DNA of 39,354 bases from Pseudomonadota bacterium (GCA_003228585.1 QIEJ01000125.1:1-39354), one strand, 5' to 3'; counted from the first letter of the stretch, positions 18,505 through 28,475 are shown. Made by a program: numbers and translations. Notes: generated by a model from the sequence alone, not told the origin.

Positions 18505-19806
18505 TCACCTGCCGGTCAATATTCTGAGGATATCATTGTAGGAAACAACAAGGATCAGGAGGAGAAGCAGGAAAAAACCGATTCGCTGGGCCATTTCCCT
18601 GGAACGAGGCTCCAGGGGGCGGCCCTTTATCCCTTCCAGTCCAAGAAACAGAAGGTGACCGCCATCCAACACCGGGATGGGCAGAAGGTTGAGGATACCC
18701 AACTGAAGGCTGAGGAAGGCCATGAAAGCGATGAATTCTGAAATCCCCGCCCTTGCGACTTCACCTGTGACCTGGAATATCATGATGGGGCCGCCCAGGA
18801 GCTTCAGGGACGTATTGAAGGTCAGGAGATCCCATAAAAACTTGAAGGTGAGACCAAGCAGCTCCACATTCCTTTTAAAACCTATGGATATGGACTCAAT
18901 GACGGGATAACGGCGGGAGATTGTCTCATTTTTGGGCGAGATCCCGACAAGTCCACGTCCAGACTTCTCGTCCAAACGCGGTATAACTGTCAGCGTCTGA
19001 TGTGTGCCGTCCCTGTCAACTTCAATGGTAACTGATTTTCCCGGGCTGCCGTGGATGATCTGTGCCATTTCATTCCAGTGGGAAACGGGTAACCCTCCGA
19101 CCGAAAGGATCCTGTCACCCTCCATCAGGCCGGCCTCGACCGCCGGATATCCCGGTGTTAAGGAGCCTATCACCGGCACGAGAGGCGGCAGGACACCTAA
19201 TCCATTGCCGCTCTTGAGTTCTTCCACCGGGACGACAACCGAAAAATGCTCTCCGTTTCGGTTAATTTTCAGAGGGATTTCATCACCGGAAGCAAGAGCC
19301 GCTGCCTCAAACAGGTCTTCCCAGTTGGCAATTTCCCTGCTGCCCAACTGTATCAGGAGGTCGCCATTTTCCACACCGGCCGCATCGGCGATACTGTCCG
19401 GAACAACCCAGGCAACCTGAACAGGGGACTCGAAGAAAGCCGGTAAGTTCATGCCTATCATGAACACAATGGGCATCAGGATAAAGGAAAATGCCAGGTT
19501 CATGATGGGACCGGCTGCCACTATTCCCGCTCTCTGTCGTGGCGTGCGGGAACTGTACATACGTACATCGCCGGGGTCAGCAGGCTCATCCGGATCCGCA
19601 CCATGCAGCTTGACGTACCCTCCCAGCGGGATCCATGAAATACAGTACTCCGTCTCTCCGTACCTGAAACCTACCATTTTCGGCGGAAAACCTATGGAAA
19701 AACGGTCAACACCTACACCTGTGGCCTTGGCAACAAGGAAATGGCCCAACTCATGCACGAATACGAGAACACCAAGAACAATTATGAATGAAAGTGTTGT
19801 TGTCAT
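18505..19806 (-). CDS. rseP: RIP metalloprotease RseP (site-2 protease)
   Basis: HELGHF zinc motif, PDZ region and C-terminal NLLPIPVLDGGH. Trimmed to ATG 19806 (MTTTLSFIIVLG...), which forms an ATGA overlap with the dxr stop. Confidence 0.9.
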   Translation of the reverse strand: MTTTLSFIIVLGVLVFVHELGHFLVAKATGVGVDRFSIGFPPKMVGFRYGETEYCISWIPLGGYVKLHGADPDEPADPGDVRMYSSRTPRQRAGIVAAGPIMNLAFSFILMPIVFMIGMNLPAFFESPVQVAWVVPDSIADAAGVENGDLLIQLGSREIANWEDLFEAAALASGDEIPLKINRNGEHFSVVVPVEELKSGNGLGVLPPLVPVIGSLTPGYPAVEAGLMEGDRILSVGGLPVSHWNEMAQIIHGSPGKSVTIEVDRDGTHQTLTVIPRLDEKSGRGLVGISPKNETISRRYPVIESISIGFKRNVELLGLTFKFLWDLLTFNTSLKLLGGPIMIFQVTGEVARAGISEFIAFMAFLSLQLGILNLLPIPVLDGGHLLFLGLEGIKGRPLEPRSREMAQRIGFFLLLLLILVVSYNDILRILTGR

Positions 19807-20978
19807 CTCTCCTCTTTCATGGTTGACATGATCTGAGCGGCTGTCTCTCTCGCCCATTTATCACAATTCAGGATCTGGGTCAGGTTGGTCTCCTCAACGT
19901 CGGTGGTCTGGTCCATAACTGCCTTAATCACGTATGGTATCTTTTTAAATGGCAATACACCACCGAGAAAAGCCTCCACGGCCACTTCATTGGCCGCATT
20001 CATGGCTGCCGGCACACCCGAACCGCGCCTGAGAGCATCATAGGCCAGGCCCAGACAGGGGAAAAGGTCTTCATCGGGGTGGAAGAATTCCAGCTTCTTT
20101 TCAGCCGCAAGATCCAGAGAATCAAAGGGCAACGGCATGCGCTCAGGATAGGCCAGAGCGAATGAAATGGGAAGACGCATGTCGGCTATGCCCATCTGGG
20201 CCAGAGTTGAGCCGTCCACAAATTCAACCATGCTGTGGACAATACTCTGAGGATGGATCAGAACCTCGATGGATCCATGTTCCAGCCCAAATAGCCAGTG
20301 GGCCTCGATCACCTCCAGCCCCTTATTCATCATCGTGGCGGAATCCACCGTCACTTTGGGGCCCATATTCCACCGAGGGTGATTCAGAGCCATTTCCGGG
20401 GTGACATCGTCCGGAATACTCGAACCTTTACCGAAAAAAGGCCCCCCCGAGGCCGTCAGTATCAGCTTTCTTATGCCCTTCAGATCCTGTCCCAGCAGCA
20501 CCTGGAATACGGCTGAATGTTCGCTATCAACAGGTATGAGACGGGCTCCCGTTCTTTGGGCCTCATTTGAAATCACAGCACCTGCAGCGACAAGTGCCTC
20601 CTTGTTGGCCAAAGCAACCACCTTGCCGGCCTCTACCGCGGCAAAGGTGGGCAGAATACCGGCAGCCCCTACCACGGAGGAAACCACAATATCGGCCTCC
20701 TTCAGAGTAGCGGCCTCAAGAATCCCCTCGATCCCCGAAAGCACTTTTATCCCGGTCCCCTCCAGTCTTTCCCTGGCCCGCTCCGCAGCCGATTCATCGA
20801 AGAGCACCACGAGCCTGGGTTGAAACTTTTCAGCCTGTTCAATGATCTTCACGTGATCTGAACGTGAGGCAAGGGCGACGATCTTCAGGTCGTTGGGACG
20901 GCGTTGTACAACGTCCAGTGTGTTCTGTCCAATGGATCCTGTGGAACCGATAAGGGAGATCCGTTTAACCGTGCTCAT
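19803..20978 (-). CDS. dxr: 1-deoxy-D-xylulose 5-phosphate reductoisomerase
   Basis: 391 aa. N-terminal NADPH motif LIGSTGSIGQNTLDV. ATGA overlap with the cdsA stop. Confidence 0.95.
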   Translation of the reverse strand: MSTVKRISLIGSTGSIGQNTLDVVQRRPNDLKIVALASRSDHVKIIEQAEKFQPRLVVLFDESAAERARERLEGTGIKVLSGIEGILEAATLKEADIVVSSVVGAAGILPTFAAVEAGKVVALANKEALVAAGAVISNEAQRTGARLIPVDSEHSAVFQVLLGQDLKGIRKLILTASGGPFFGKGSSIPDDVTPEMALNHPRWNMGPKVTVDSATMMNKGLEVIEAHWLFGLEHGSIEVLIHPQSIVHSMVEFVDGSTLAQMGIADMRLPISFALAYPERMPLPFDSLDLAAEKKLEFFHPDEDLFPCLGLAYDALRRGSGVPAAMNAANEVAVEAFLGGVLPFKKIPYVIKAVMDQTTDVEETNLTQILNCDKWARETAAQIMSTMKEER

Positions 20979-21775
20979 TTCAGAATATTAGCCAGCCATT
21001 GTGTCATGTAATAGAGAAACGGTATGGTTAACAGGAGTGAGTCTGTCCTGTCGAGTATCCCTCCATGTCCGGGGATCAGAGTGCCCGAGTCTTTGACGCC
21101 AGCGTCCCTTTTCAGGATCGATTCGGCAAGGTCTCCTATCTGTCCGACAAGTGCGATAGCAAATCCTGCCGCAACGGTAAACCCGAGACTCCACCCTGCC
21201 GGCGACAGGAGCCAGAACAGAGCTGCCACCGGCAGCGAGGAAATCATACCAGCAATAAAGCCTTCAACAGTCTTGTTTGGGCTTATCTCTGGAGCCAGCT
21301 TTCGGCGGCCTATTGCGCTGCCCACGTAAAAGGCCGCACTGTCACAGACCCAGACGACAAGAAGCAGAAACAGAAGGGCCGATCTGCCCCAGGTCACGTC
21401 AAGGAAAAGAATGGCATGCGCAAGAAGCCAGGCTGGTACGATGAGAATGAAAATCCCGGCGGCAATCTCTCTAACGGCACCCTTTATCCCCCCGGTGCGC
21501 AGCCGAACCACCGTCACCGTCAGAACTGCCAGAACCAACCCGGACGCCAGACCGGTTTCCCCCTTCAACCAGGTGCCTATCAGGATAAAACCTGTACCTG
21601 CCATTGTTGCCGGCAGCGAAACCGACTCGCCGGACGCGGATACGATCCCGCCCATTTCCTGTACCGCCAGTAACATTATCGCCCCAACGAATATGACTCC
21701 GACCACCCTCGGTGCGGCCATAACCACGTAAAGAACAATGGCACCAAGGATCAGGGCCGACAGGATTCTTTTCAT
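20975..21775 (-). CDS. cdsA: Phosphatidate cytidylyltransferase
   Basis: 266-aa polytopic membrane protein. Signature GDLAESILKRDAGVKDSGTLIPGHGGILDRTDS. Confidence 0.9.
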   Translation of the reverse strand: MKRILSALILGAIVLYVVMAAPRVVGVIFVGAIMLLAVQEMGGIVSASGESVSLPATMAGTGFILIGTWLKGETGLASGLVLAVLTVTVVRLRTGGIKGAVREIAAGIFILIVPAWLLAHAILFLDVTWGRSALLFLLLVVWVCDSAAFYVGSAIGRRKLAPEISPNKTVEGFIAGMISSLPVAALFWLLSPAGWSLGFTVAAGFAIALVGQIGDLAESILKRDAGVKDSGTLIPGHGGILDRTDSLLLTIPFLYYMTQWLANILK

Positions 21776-22509
21776 CCCTTTTCGCCCGTTTTTATCTGAA
21801 TGGAAGTCATTCCGAACCTTCGCTCCCTGGTTCTGAATTCCTCCAGGGCGGCAGAAAGATCCTCCTCGTTAAAATCCGGCCATAGTTTGTCTGTCACAAT
21901 CAACTCGGTATAGGCCATTTGCCAGAGGAAAAAATTGCTGATCCTCATCTCTCCACTGGTTCTGATCAGCAGGTCGGGATCCGGAATCCCGGCGGTGGCA
22001 AGATGGGTGCTGAACTCTTCCCCGTCCAGAGTATCGGGGCCCCTGCCGGTTCTGACAGCCTCGTGGACGTAACTCTTCACCGCATCAAGAATATCCTGCC
22101 TGCCACTGTAACTCAGGGCAAGAATGAGGTTCATGCCGTTGTTTCTGGACGAACTCCGCATGACACTGTCCAGGGTTTTTCTGACGTGGTCGGGCAGGTC
22201 CTCAGTTCTTCCGATTGTGAGCAGGCGGACGTTATTCTCCATCAACGTGCTCAACTCCCTCTTCAGATACTGATCAAGAAGCGCCATGAGAGCCCCGACT
22301 TCATCCTCGGGTCTCCTCCAGTTCTCCAGGGAAAAGGCAAAAAGGGTAAGGTACTGAACCTGGGCCCGGGCGCACTCTTCCACCACGGCTCTGACGGCAC
22401 GAACTCCCGCCCGATGTCCTGCTATGCGGGGAAGTCCCCGGGCCTCAGCCCATCTCCCGTTACCATCCATGATGATAGCAATATGGCGGGGTATCTCTCT
22501 GTTTACCAC
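21772..22509 (-). CDS. uppS: Di-trans,poly-cis-undecaprenyl diphosphate synthase
   Basis: 245 aa with a GTG start. Motifs HIAIIMDGNGRWA and IRTSGEMRISNFFLWQMAYTEL. Confidence 0.95.
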   Translation of the reverse strand: MVNREIPRHIAIIMDGNGRWAEARGLPRIAGHRAGVRAVRAVVEECARAQVQYLTLFAFSLENWRRPEDEVGALMALLDQYLKRELSTLMENNVRLLTIGRTEDLPDHVRKTLDSVMRSSSRNNGMNLILALSYSGRQDILDAVKSYVHEAVRTGRGPDTLDGEEFSTHLATAGIPDPDLLIRTSGEMRISNFFLWQMAYTELIVTDKLWPDFNEEDLSAALEEFRTRERRFGMTSIQIKTGEKG

Positions 22510-22553
22510 TGGTAAGACCTATTTAACCGGGGGATTAAGGAAACGGCTGGAGC

Positions 22554-23111
22554 CTAGATCTCCAGGATCTCCTTTTCCTTGTTCTGGACCACGCCGTCCA
22601 CCTTCTCAATGAACCTGTCCGTTATCTTCTGGATCTCATCCTGGGCTCGGCGGAGGTCGTCTTCAGAGATGACCTTTTCCTTTTCAAAATCCTTAGCCTC
22701 GGAAATAGCATCTCTGCGAATGTTACGGATTGCCACTTTACAGTCTTCGCCATTGCGTTTTACTACTTTGACCAACTGGATCCGGCGTTCTTCTGTAAGG
22801 GGAGGTATGGGAATTCGAATCACTTTGCCGTCGTTGGAAGGGGTCAAACCGAGGTCAGAACGCATAATGGCCTTCTCAATCTCTTTGATCACAGATGGAT
22901 CCCAAGGCTGGATAACAATAAGCCGGCTCTCGGGGACAGATAGAGTAGCCACCTGGTTGAGTGGAGTCTGGGAGTCGTAATATTCAACGGTAACGGAGTC
23001 CAGAATAGAGAGGGAAGCTCTCCCGGTGCGGATAGAGGACAACTCTCTGCCAAGGGAATCCAGGGACTTTTCCATCTTCTTTTCCATGTCGCGATAGAGT
23101 TCCTTGACCAT
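22554..23111 (-). CDS. frr: Ribosome recycling factor
   Basis: 185 aa from ATG 23111 (the ORF track begins one codon earlier at GTG 23114). Motifs IRTGRASLSILD and PIPPLTEERR. TGATG overlap with the pyrH stop. Confidence 0.95.
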   Translation of the reverse strand: MVKELYRDMEKKMEKSLDSLGRELSSIRTGRASLSILDSVTVEYYDSQTPLNQVATLSVPESRLIVIQPWDPSVIKEIEKAIMRSDLGLTPSNDGKVIRIPIPPLTEERRIQLVKVVKRNGEDCKVAIRNIRRDAISEAKDFEKEKVISEDDLRRAQDEIQKITDRFIEKVDGVVQNKEKEILEI

Positions 23112-23842
23112 CACGTTTCCTCCCCGACAACTGTTGTTCCAACCGGTTCACCTTGTACGGCTTTTAGCATGTTCCCGCGCTTTTGCAGGTTGAATACCAT
23201 GATCGACATGCCGTTGTCCATGCACAGGGCAATGGCCGTCGCGTCCATCACACCCAATCTTTTTTCCAGGACCTCCTGATAGGTCAAGGTCTCGTATCTT
23301 TGTGCGTCCGGGTTGACCATGGGATCTTCGGAGTAGACACCATCAACCTTGGTCGCCTTCATGAGAATATCGGCTCCGATCTCCATTGCGCGAAGAGCGG
23401 CGGCCGTATCGGTGGTAAAGAAGGGATTGCCCGTGCCGGCGGCGAAGATCACCACCCGATCCTTTTCAAGATGCCTGATTGCCTTGCGGCGGATATAGGG
23501 CTCGGCGATCTGGCTCATCCCGATGGCAGACTGGACCCTGGTCGGGACACCCTGCATCTCGAGAGCACTCTGAAAGGCAAGGGCGTTAATCACTGTGCCG
23601 ATCATGCCCATGTAGTCGCCGGTGGCACGCTCAACTGAAGAACCGCTGTCCATGGCACCCCTGAAAATATTCCCTCCACCGATGACAAGGGCGACTTCTA
23701 TTCCCATTTTACGGACCTCTGCCACCTCGTCCGCGATTTTTTTCACCTCAGAAAAATCAAGGCCGAATGCCTCGCCACCCAGCAGGGCCTCGCCGCTTAT
23801 TTTCAGTACGATGCGCTTGTATTTAGGGCCGGGTTTGCTCAT
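23111..23842 (-). CDS. pyrH: UMP kinase
   Basis: 243 aa. Motifs [21 protein letters not shown] and [20 protein letters not shown]. Confidence 0.95.
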   Translation of the reverse strand: MSKPGPKYKRIVLKISGEALLGGEAFGLDFSEVKKIADEVAEVRKMGIEVALVIGGGNIFRGAMDSGSSVERATGDYMGMIGTVINALAFQSALEMQGVPTRVQSAIGMSQIAEPYIRRKAIRHLEKDRVVIFAAGTGNPFFTTDTAAALRAMEIGADILMKATKVDGVYSEDPMVNPDAQRYETLTYQEVLEKRLGVMDATAIALCMDNGMSIMVFNLQKRGNMLKAVQGEPVGTTVVGEET

Positions 23843-23921
23843 TTTTAAAAAGTTCTAAGTTCTAGGTACCAGGTGCTAAGGTTTTTTCCTTAACACTTAG
23901 TCCTTTAGTACTTAGCAACTA
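23843..23921 (-). terminator. Long imperfect hairpin plus U5 tract between tsf and pyrH (terminator or attenuator candidate)
   Basis: Minus-strand RNA: GUUGCUAAGUACUAAAGGACUAAGUGUUAAGG-AAAAAA-CCUUAGCACCUGGUACCUAGAACUUAGAAC, then CUUUUUAAAAAUG (pyrH start). The loop-proximal 9 bp are contiguous (one G-U). The outer segments GUU(G)CUAAGU / ACUUAGAAC also pair. The 5' arm includes the tsf stop codon. Confidence 0.45.
23851..23914. repeat. Inverted pair of heptad arrays (AGTTCTA AGTTCTA GGTACCA GGTGCTA AGG / CCTTAAC ACTTAGT CCTTTAG TACTTAG)
   Basis: 7-nt periodicity in both arms. The arms are mutually complementary around a T6 loop. Same region as the tsf-pyrH hairpin feature. Confidence 0.75.
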
Positions 23922-24529
23922 TCACTTTCTTCCTTCCCCTCACCCACCTCAAATCGAGCAAAACGTCCAATATGAACGTTCTCGCCGAGTTTAGCGGCAA
24001 CACCTTTAACAAGGTCCAGGACTATCGTCCCGCTTTCCTTGATAAATTCCTGTTCCTCAAGACAGATCTGCTGGAGAAATTTGCCGATCTTGCCATCAAC
24101 GATCTTGTCCACCACCTTTTCCGGTTTGCCGGACTCGAGTGCCTGAGCTTTATAGATTTCGCGCTCTTTCTCCAGGAGTTCCGGCGGCACTTCGTCCCTC
24201 CTCACGTAAAGGGGTCTGGCTGCGGCAACCTGCATTGAGAGATTGGCCACAAGTTCCATAAATTCATCGGTTCTTGCCACAAAATCCGTCTCACAATTAA
24301 TCTCAATGAGAACACCAATCTTCCCGCCCATGTGGATATAGGATCCGACTACACCTTCGCTGGCAGCCCTGTCGGCCCTCTTTCCAGCCGCAGCCAGTCC
24401 TTTCGTTCTCAGATAATCGGTGGCTTTTTGGGCATCGCCGCCGGTTTCCATCAAGGCAGCCTTGCAATCCATAAAACCGGCCCCGGTTTTCTCCCTGAGT
24501 TCCTTGACTTTTACCGCACTGATGCTCAT
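23912..24529 (-). CDS. tsf: Elongation factor Ts (short ~200-aa form)
   Basis: 205 aa. UBA-like N-terminus [23 protein letters not shown] overlap with the rpsB stop. Confidence 0.95.
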   Translation of the reverse strand: MSISAVKVKELREKTGAGFMDCKAALMETGGDAQKATDYLRTKGLAAAGKRADRAASEGVVGSYIHMGGKIGVLIEINCETDFVARTDEFMELVANLSMQVAAARPLYVRRDEVPPELLEKEREIYKAQALESGKPEKVVDKIVDGKIGKFLQQICLEEQEFIKESGTIVLDLVKGVAAKLGENVHIGRFARFEVGEGKEESDSC

Positions 24530-25371
24530 TTCTCCTCCTCACCTTCAGCTGTTTCCACTGAGCTCTCTTTGACACTCTCGCTGTCTGCCGTTTCCTCATC
24601 CTCGTGCTTCGTTTTCTCATCCGGGACTTCGGTCTTATCCTCGCCGGCGACCTGAGCACCCTCGATCATTCCAACATCGTCGACTCCTACCAGTTGCTGT
24701 CCCTCGATCACGGCGTCGGCCATCTTGGACGCAAAGAGCCGAATAGCCCGAATGGCATCATCGTTGCCGGGAATAACGTAGTCTATCATATCCGGATCAC
24801 AGTTCGTGTCGACGATGGCCAGCACCGGGATACCCAGTTTCCTGACTTCGCGGATAGCGATATCCTCCCTTTTGGGATCAACTACGAAAACCGCATCGGG
24901 AAGTTTGGCCATGTCCTTGATACCGCTCAGATAACGGCTCAGCTTATCCTTATCCTTCTGAATCCCGAGAATCTCCTTTTTAGTGAGCCCGCCCCACTCC
25001 TGTTCCTCCTCCATGGATTCATACTTCTTCAGCCTGGCAACACTCTTTTTTATTGTGGCGAAATTGGTCAGGAGTCCGCCCAGCCATCGGTGGTTAACAT
25101 AAGGCATGCCGCAACGCTGAGCCTCCTCCGTTATGGAATCCTGAGCCTGTTTTTTAGTCCCGACGAAAAGGAGGACCCCTCCGTCTGCCGACAACTCTCT
25201 GACAAACCTGTAGGCTTCCTTGAACTGTCTCAACGTCTTCTGGAGATCGATGATGTATATCCCGTTCCGGTCACCGAAGATATACTTCTTCATTTTGGGG
25301 TTCCACCTTCGGGTCTGATGCCCGAAGTGAACACCGGCCTCCAACAACTGTTTCATCGTCATTACTGCCAT
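24526..25371 (-). CDS. rpsB: 30S ribosomal protein S2 with ~45-aa acidic C-terminal tail
   Basis: 281 aa. [19 protein letters not shown]. The tail ...[37 protein letters not shown] is low complexity. Confidence 0.95.
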   Translation of the reverse strand: MAVMTMKQLLEAGVHFGHQTRRWNPKMKKYIFGDRNGIYIIDLQKTLRQFKEAYRFVRELSADGGVLLFVGTKKQAQDSITEEAQRCGMPYVNHRWLGGLLTNFATIKKSVARLKKYESMEEEQEWGGLTKKEILGIQKDKDKLSRYLSGIKDMAKLPDAVFVVDPKREDIAIREVRKLGIPVLAIVDTNCDPDMIDYVIPGNDDAIRAIRLFASKMADAVIEGQQLVGVDDVGMIEGAQVAGEDKTEVPDEKTKHEDEETADSESVKESSVETAEGEEEK

Positions 25372-25520
25372 CTGTTCTTCCTCCTGTTCTGTTTCGGTTT
25401 TTCCACGGCTCCTTCATCCCCCGGGAGAACCCCCCTTCGCACAATCAAGCGCTACGGCGGGCACCGCTCCCAGGGTCCGGAGCGTGAGTAGTCAGGCGCA
25501 GCTAAACACTTATCAGTATC

Positions 25521-25550
25521 AAAATAAACCGATTACCGCAACGATGTAAA
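25521..25550 (-). promoter_or_regulatory. Candidate sigma70-type promoter for rpsB-tsf
   Basis: Minus strand: TTTACA (25550-25545), 18-nt spacer, TATTTT (25526-25521). This would give a ~140-nt leader. By-eye match only. Confidence 0.25.
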
Positions 25551-25567
25551 AGAAATCTGAAAAACCG

Positions 25568-26755
25568 TTACGATCGATATTCGGCATTAATCCTCACATA
25601 CTCTTCGGTGAGATCGGTGGTGAGAATGGAATAACTCCCGGGGCCGTCGCCCAGGATGATCTCCAGGGTAAATCTGTCCTGTCGCATGACCACTGATGCT
25701 TCCTCTTCCCGGTAATCCTCGACAGGTTCACCGTCTCTGAGTATGGCAACACGTCCGATATTCAATGAAAGCCTCTCCGGTGATGACTTTGCTCCGGAAT
25801 AGCCCACCGCCGCAACCAGACGGCCCCAATTGGGATCCGCGGCAGCCAGAGCTGTTTTGACAAGGAGGCTCTGGGCAACCGCCCTTGCGGCCAGCTTCGC
25901 ATCCGGATCATCCACAGCTCCGAGCACTGATATCTCGACAACTTTCCGAGCACCTTCTCCATCAGCAACGATCTGCTCGGCCAGGGAAAGGCAGACCTCA
26001 TCGAGGCCCTGCTGAAACCGGATCCTGTCGGACTCGCCATGGAGTTGCGGACCCGCGCCGGAGGAGAGCAGAAGAACGGTATCGTTGGTGCTTGTATCGC
26101 CGTCCACCGTAATATTATTGAAACTCCTGTCAACTGATTCGGTGAGCATGGCCTGAAGATCGCCAGCCTGGATCCAGGCGTCAGTGAGCACAAATGCAAG
26201 CATGGTAGCCATATCAGGCGCTATCATTCCGGCTCCCTTGGCTACGCCAACGATCTTTGCCTCACCCTCCGCGAACGTCAACTTTGCGGCCGCCGTTTTC
26301 GGCCGGGTATCGGTTGTGAGAATGGCTCGGGAAAAAGGCTCCATCCCCTCCGGGTTCAAACTCTCGATCAGGTACGGAAGGCCCTCCTCCATGCGGTCGA
26401 TTGGGAGCCGCACCCCGATAACACCAGTGGAGCAGACGAGGACCTGGTCATCGGGGATTTTGATAAATTCACCCACCCGTTGACACAATCGAAGTGTATC
26501 CCCCATTCCGCCTTCGCCTGTTGAACAGTTAGCATTGCCGCTGTTGACCAGGATGGCCCCGGCTCTACCGGACACGATGCGTTCCCTGCTGATCAATACC
26601 GGAGCCGCGGCCATGCTGTTTTTTGTAAACGTACCGGCTGCTGCCGCACCTGATTCACAGACTATCAGCCCCATGTCCAGTCTACCATCACCTTTACCTT
26701 TGATGTCCACTGCCACTGCGGAGGCGAGAAAGCCCGGAACCTTTAAACTACCCAT
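25568..26755 (-). CDS. argJ: Bifunctional glutamate N-acetyltransferase / amino-acid acetyltransferase ArgJ
   Basis: ORF-track frame 25568..26881, trimmed to ATG 26755 (MGSLKVPGFLASAV...). This start is preceded by GAAGGAGGAAAGCC, a strong Shine-Dalgarno. Autoprocessing site context GMIAPDMATMLAFVLTDA. Confidence 0.9.
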   Translation of the reverse strand: MGSLKVPGFLASAVAVDIKGKGDGRLDMGLIVCESGAAAAGTFTKNSMAAAPVLISRERIVSGRAGAILVNSGNANCSTGEGGMGDTLRLCQRVGEFIKIPDDQVLVCSTGVIGVRLPIDRMEEGLPYLIESLNPEGMEPFSRAILTTDTRPKTAAAKLTFAEGEAKIVGVAKGAGMIAPDMATMLAFVLTDAWIQAGDLQAMLTESVDRSFNNITVDGDTSTNDTVLLLSSGAGPQLHGESDRIRFQQGLDEVCLSLAEQIVADGEGARKVVEISVLGAVDDPDAKLAARAVAQSLLVKTALAAADPNWGRLVAAVGYSGAKSSPERLSLNIGRVAILRDGEPVEDYREEEASVVMRQDRFTLEIILGDGPGSYSILTTDLTEEYVRINAEYRS

Positions 26756-28475
26756 GGCTTTCCTCCTTCTTACCGGGAAAAAGAATATGAAGATGGCTTC
26801 CCTCACCGAGCTCACTCTCAGCCCAGATTGCCCCGCTGTGATGTTCGAGAATGACTCTCGCGATAGACAGTCCCAGGCCAATACCGGAGGGTTTGGTCGT
26901 CATGATGTCTCCCAGCTGGCGGAACTTTTCGAAGATCAAAGGGATTTCCTGCTCCTTCATTCCCTCTCCCTGGTCCGACACAATCAACTCCACCCAGCCG
27001 TTGGTTGGCCCATCCGTCTTTCCCAGTCCGACGTATGAAGCGTATTGTGGAAGATCGGGAAAAGAATCGTGCCACTGTCCTGCTATCTCCAAAGGGGAGC
27101 CCTCAGGGGAAAATTTCACGGCGTTTTCCAGGACCACTCCCAGAGCCCTGTTAAAAAGAAAAGGATCGCAGTAGATCATTTTGTCCTCGATAGCTGCGAT
27201 ATCCCTTTCCACGTCTCGTCCGCTGAGAACACCTTCCAGATCAGCGAGGGCCAGAGAAATAATCTCCGGGGACAGTATGTGTTCCCTGGTCATCTTTGAA
27301 CGCCTTGCCTCCAGACGGAACAGTTCCAGCATCCTCTCCACAAGATGATTCAGAAGATTGGCGGAACTTTCGATGCGGTTTACGTACATTGTGAGGTTCT
27401 CGTCCACATCCCAAACGTCCAGGTTGTGAATCAGCCCGGCAAAACCGACAATGGAGGTCAGGGGTGTCTTCAATTCATGGGAGATATTGAGGATCAGTTC
27501 GGTCTTGTCCTTGTCCAACCGAAGCAGCTCCTCATGGGCTTCGGCAAGGGCGTCTGCCTTCTCCTCCAGGCCCCTGTAAAGCCCGGCATTGTCCACCGCC
27601 ATGGCCACCTGTGCGGCAATTGTAACCAGCAGGTCCAGGTCCGATCTGACGAAGGATGCTCCGCTCGTCTTGTTGTTGGCGTTGATAACCCCGAGCACCC
27701 GCTCGCCTCTCAAAAGGGGCACGCACAGGGCGGACTGTGTGGAATACTGCTTCTTGAATTTCGATGGCTTGAACCGATCATGTTTGCTTATATCATTTAT
27801 GAGTACCGGCTCACCTGTCTGGGCAACATAGCCGGAAATGCCCGAACCCAGGGGCACCCGGGCTTTCCCGATCACCTCTTTTGGAAGGCCGATCCCGTCC
27901 TTTACAACCAGGTGTTCATCCTCAAGGATCATCAGGGAAACAGTCTCTATCTGCAAGGTGTCCGCAACTGCCTCAGCCGTCTTTCGGAAAAGGACCTGGA
28001 GCATGTCCCTGCTGGACGATTCTCCCAGCTGTCTTAGAGCGAGAAGTTCTTTTGTCCAGGATTCAGAACGCTCGATAATGGCTTCGTTCTCAACAGCCTG
28101 GAGATGATCATGGTGAGCCTTCCTGACGGCTGAGAGAAACCGCTCCGGTTCAAGGGGTTTGTATATGAAGTTGTGGGCACCACTGCGGAGCATCTCCACC
28201 ACCGCCTCGAAAGATTTTGTACTGCTGATGCAGATAACCGGAACTAATCTGTCCCGCCTCTTGATCTCCCTGAGCAGATCGATGCCGGACATGTGATCCA
28301 TCACCACGTCTGTGACCACAACATCCCAGCCTCCCTCCTCAAAGAGTTCCAGGGCCTCCTTCCCCCCGTATGCTATGCCTGTCTGGATACCCTCTTCATG
28401 GAGCATGTCCCGAACGACTTCTATGTGCAGTCTGTCGTCGTCCACGAGCAGAACTCTAGTTTGAGTTGGAACCAT
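26748..28475 (-). CDS. Hybrid sensor: receiver (REC) - GAF - HisKA - HATPase_c histidine kinase
   Basis: 575 aa. REC with DDD12-14, D56 (VVVTDVVM) and K in FIYKP. GAF-like middle (GISGYVAQTGEPVLINDI...LGVINANN). H-box NISHELKTPLTSI. ATPase G-boxes DQGEGM and GIGLGLSIA. No transmembrane segment is evident. Confidence 0.85.
   Translation of the reverse strand: MVPTQTRVLLVDDDRLHIEVVRDMLHEEGIQTGIAYGGKEALELFEEGGWDVVVTDVVMDHMSGIDLLREIKRRDRLVPVICISSTKSFEAVVEMLRSGAHNFIYKPLEPERFLSAVRKAHHDHLQAVENEAIIERSESWTKELLALRQLGESSSRDMLQVLFRKTAEAVADTLQIETVSLMILEDEHLVVKDGIGLPKEVIGKARVPLGSGISGYVAQTGEPVLINDISKHDRFKPSKFKKQYSTQSALCVPLLRGERVLGVINANNKTSGASFVRSDLDLLVTIAAQVAMAVDNAGLYRGLEEKADALAEAHEELLRLDKDKTELILNISHELKTPLTSIVGFAGLIHNLDVWDVDENLTMYVNRIESSANLLNHLVERMLELFRLEARRSKMTREHILSPEIISLALADLEGVLSGRDVERDIAAIEDKMIYCDPFLFNRALGVVLENAVKFSPEGSPLEIAGQWHDSFPDLPQYASYVGLGKTDGPTNGWVELIVSDQGEGMKEQEIPLIFEKFRQLGDIMTTKPSGIGLGLSIARVILEHHSGAIWAESELGEGSHLHILFPGKKEESHG

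Noticed and set aside
26756-26881. 42-codon extension of argJ; similar extensions of rseP (19807-19857), rimP (15216-15278) and nadK (36691-36711)
   Set aside because: The extensions overlap upstream genes or repeats. Internal ATGs give canonical N-termini and, for argJ and rseP, a strong Shine-Dalgarno or an ATGA coupling.
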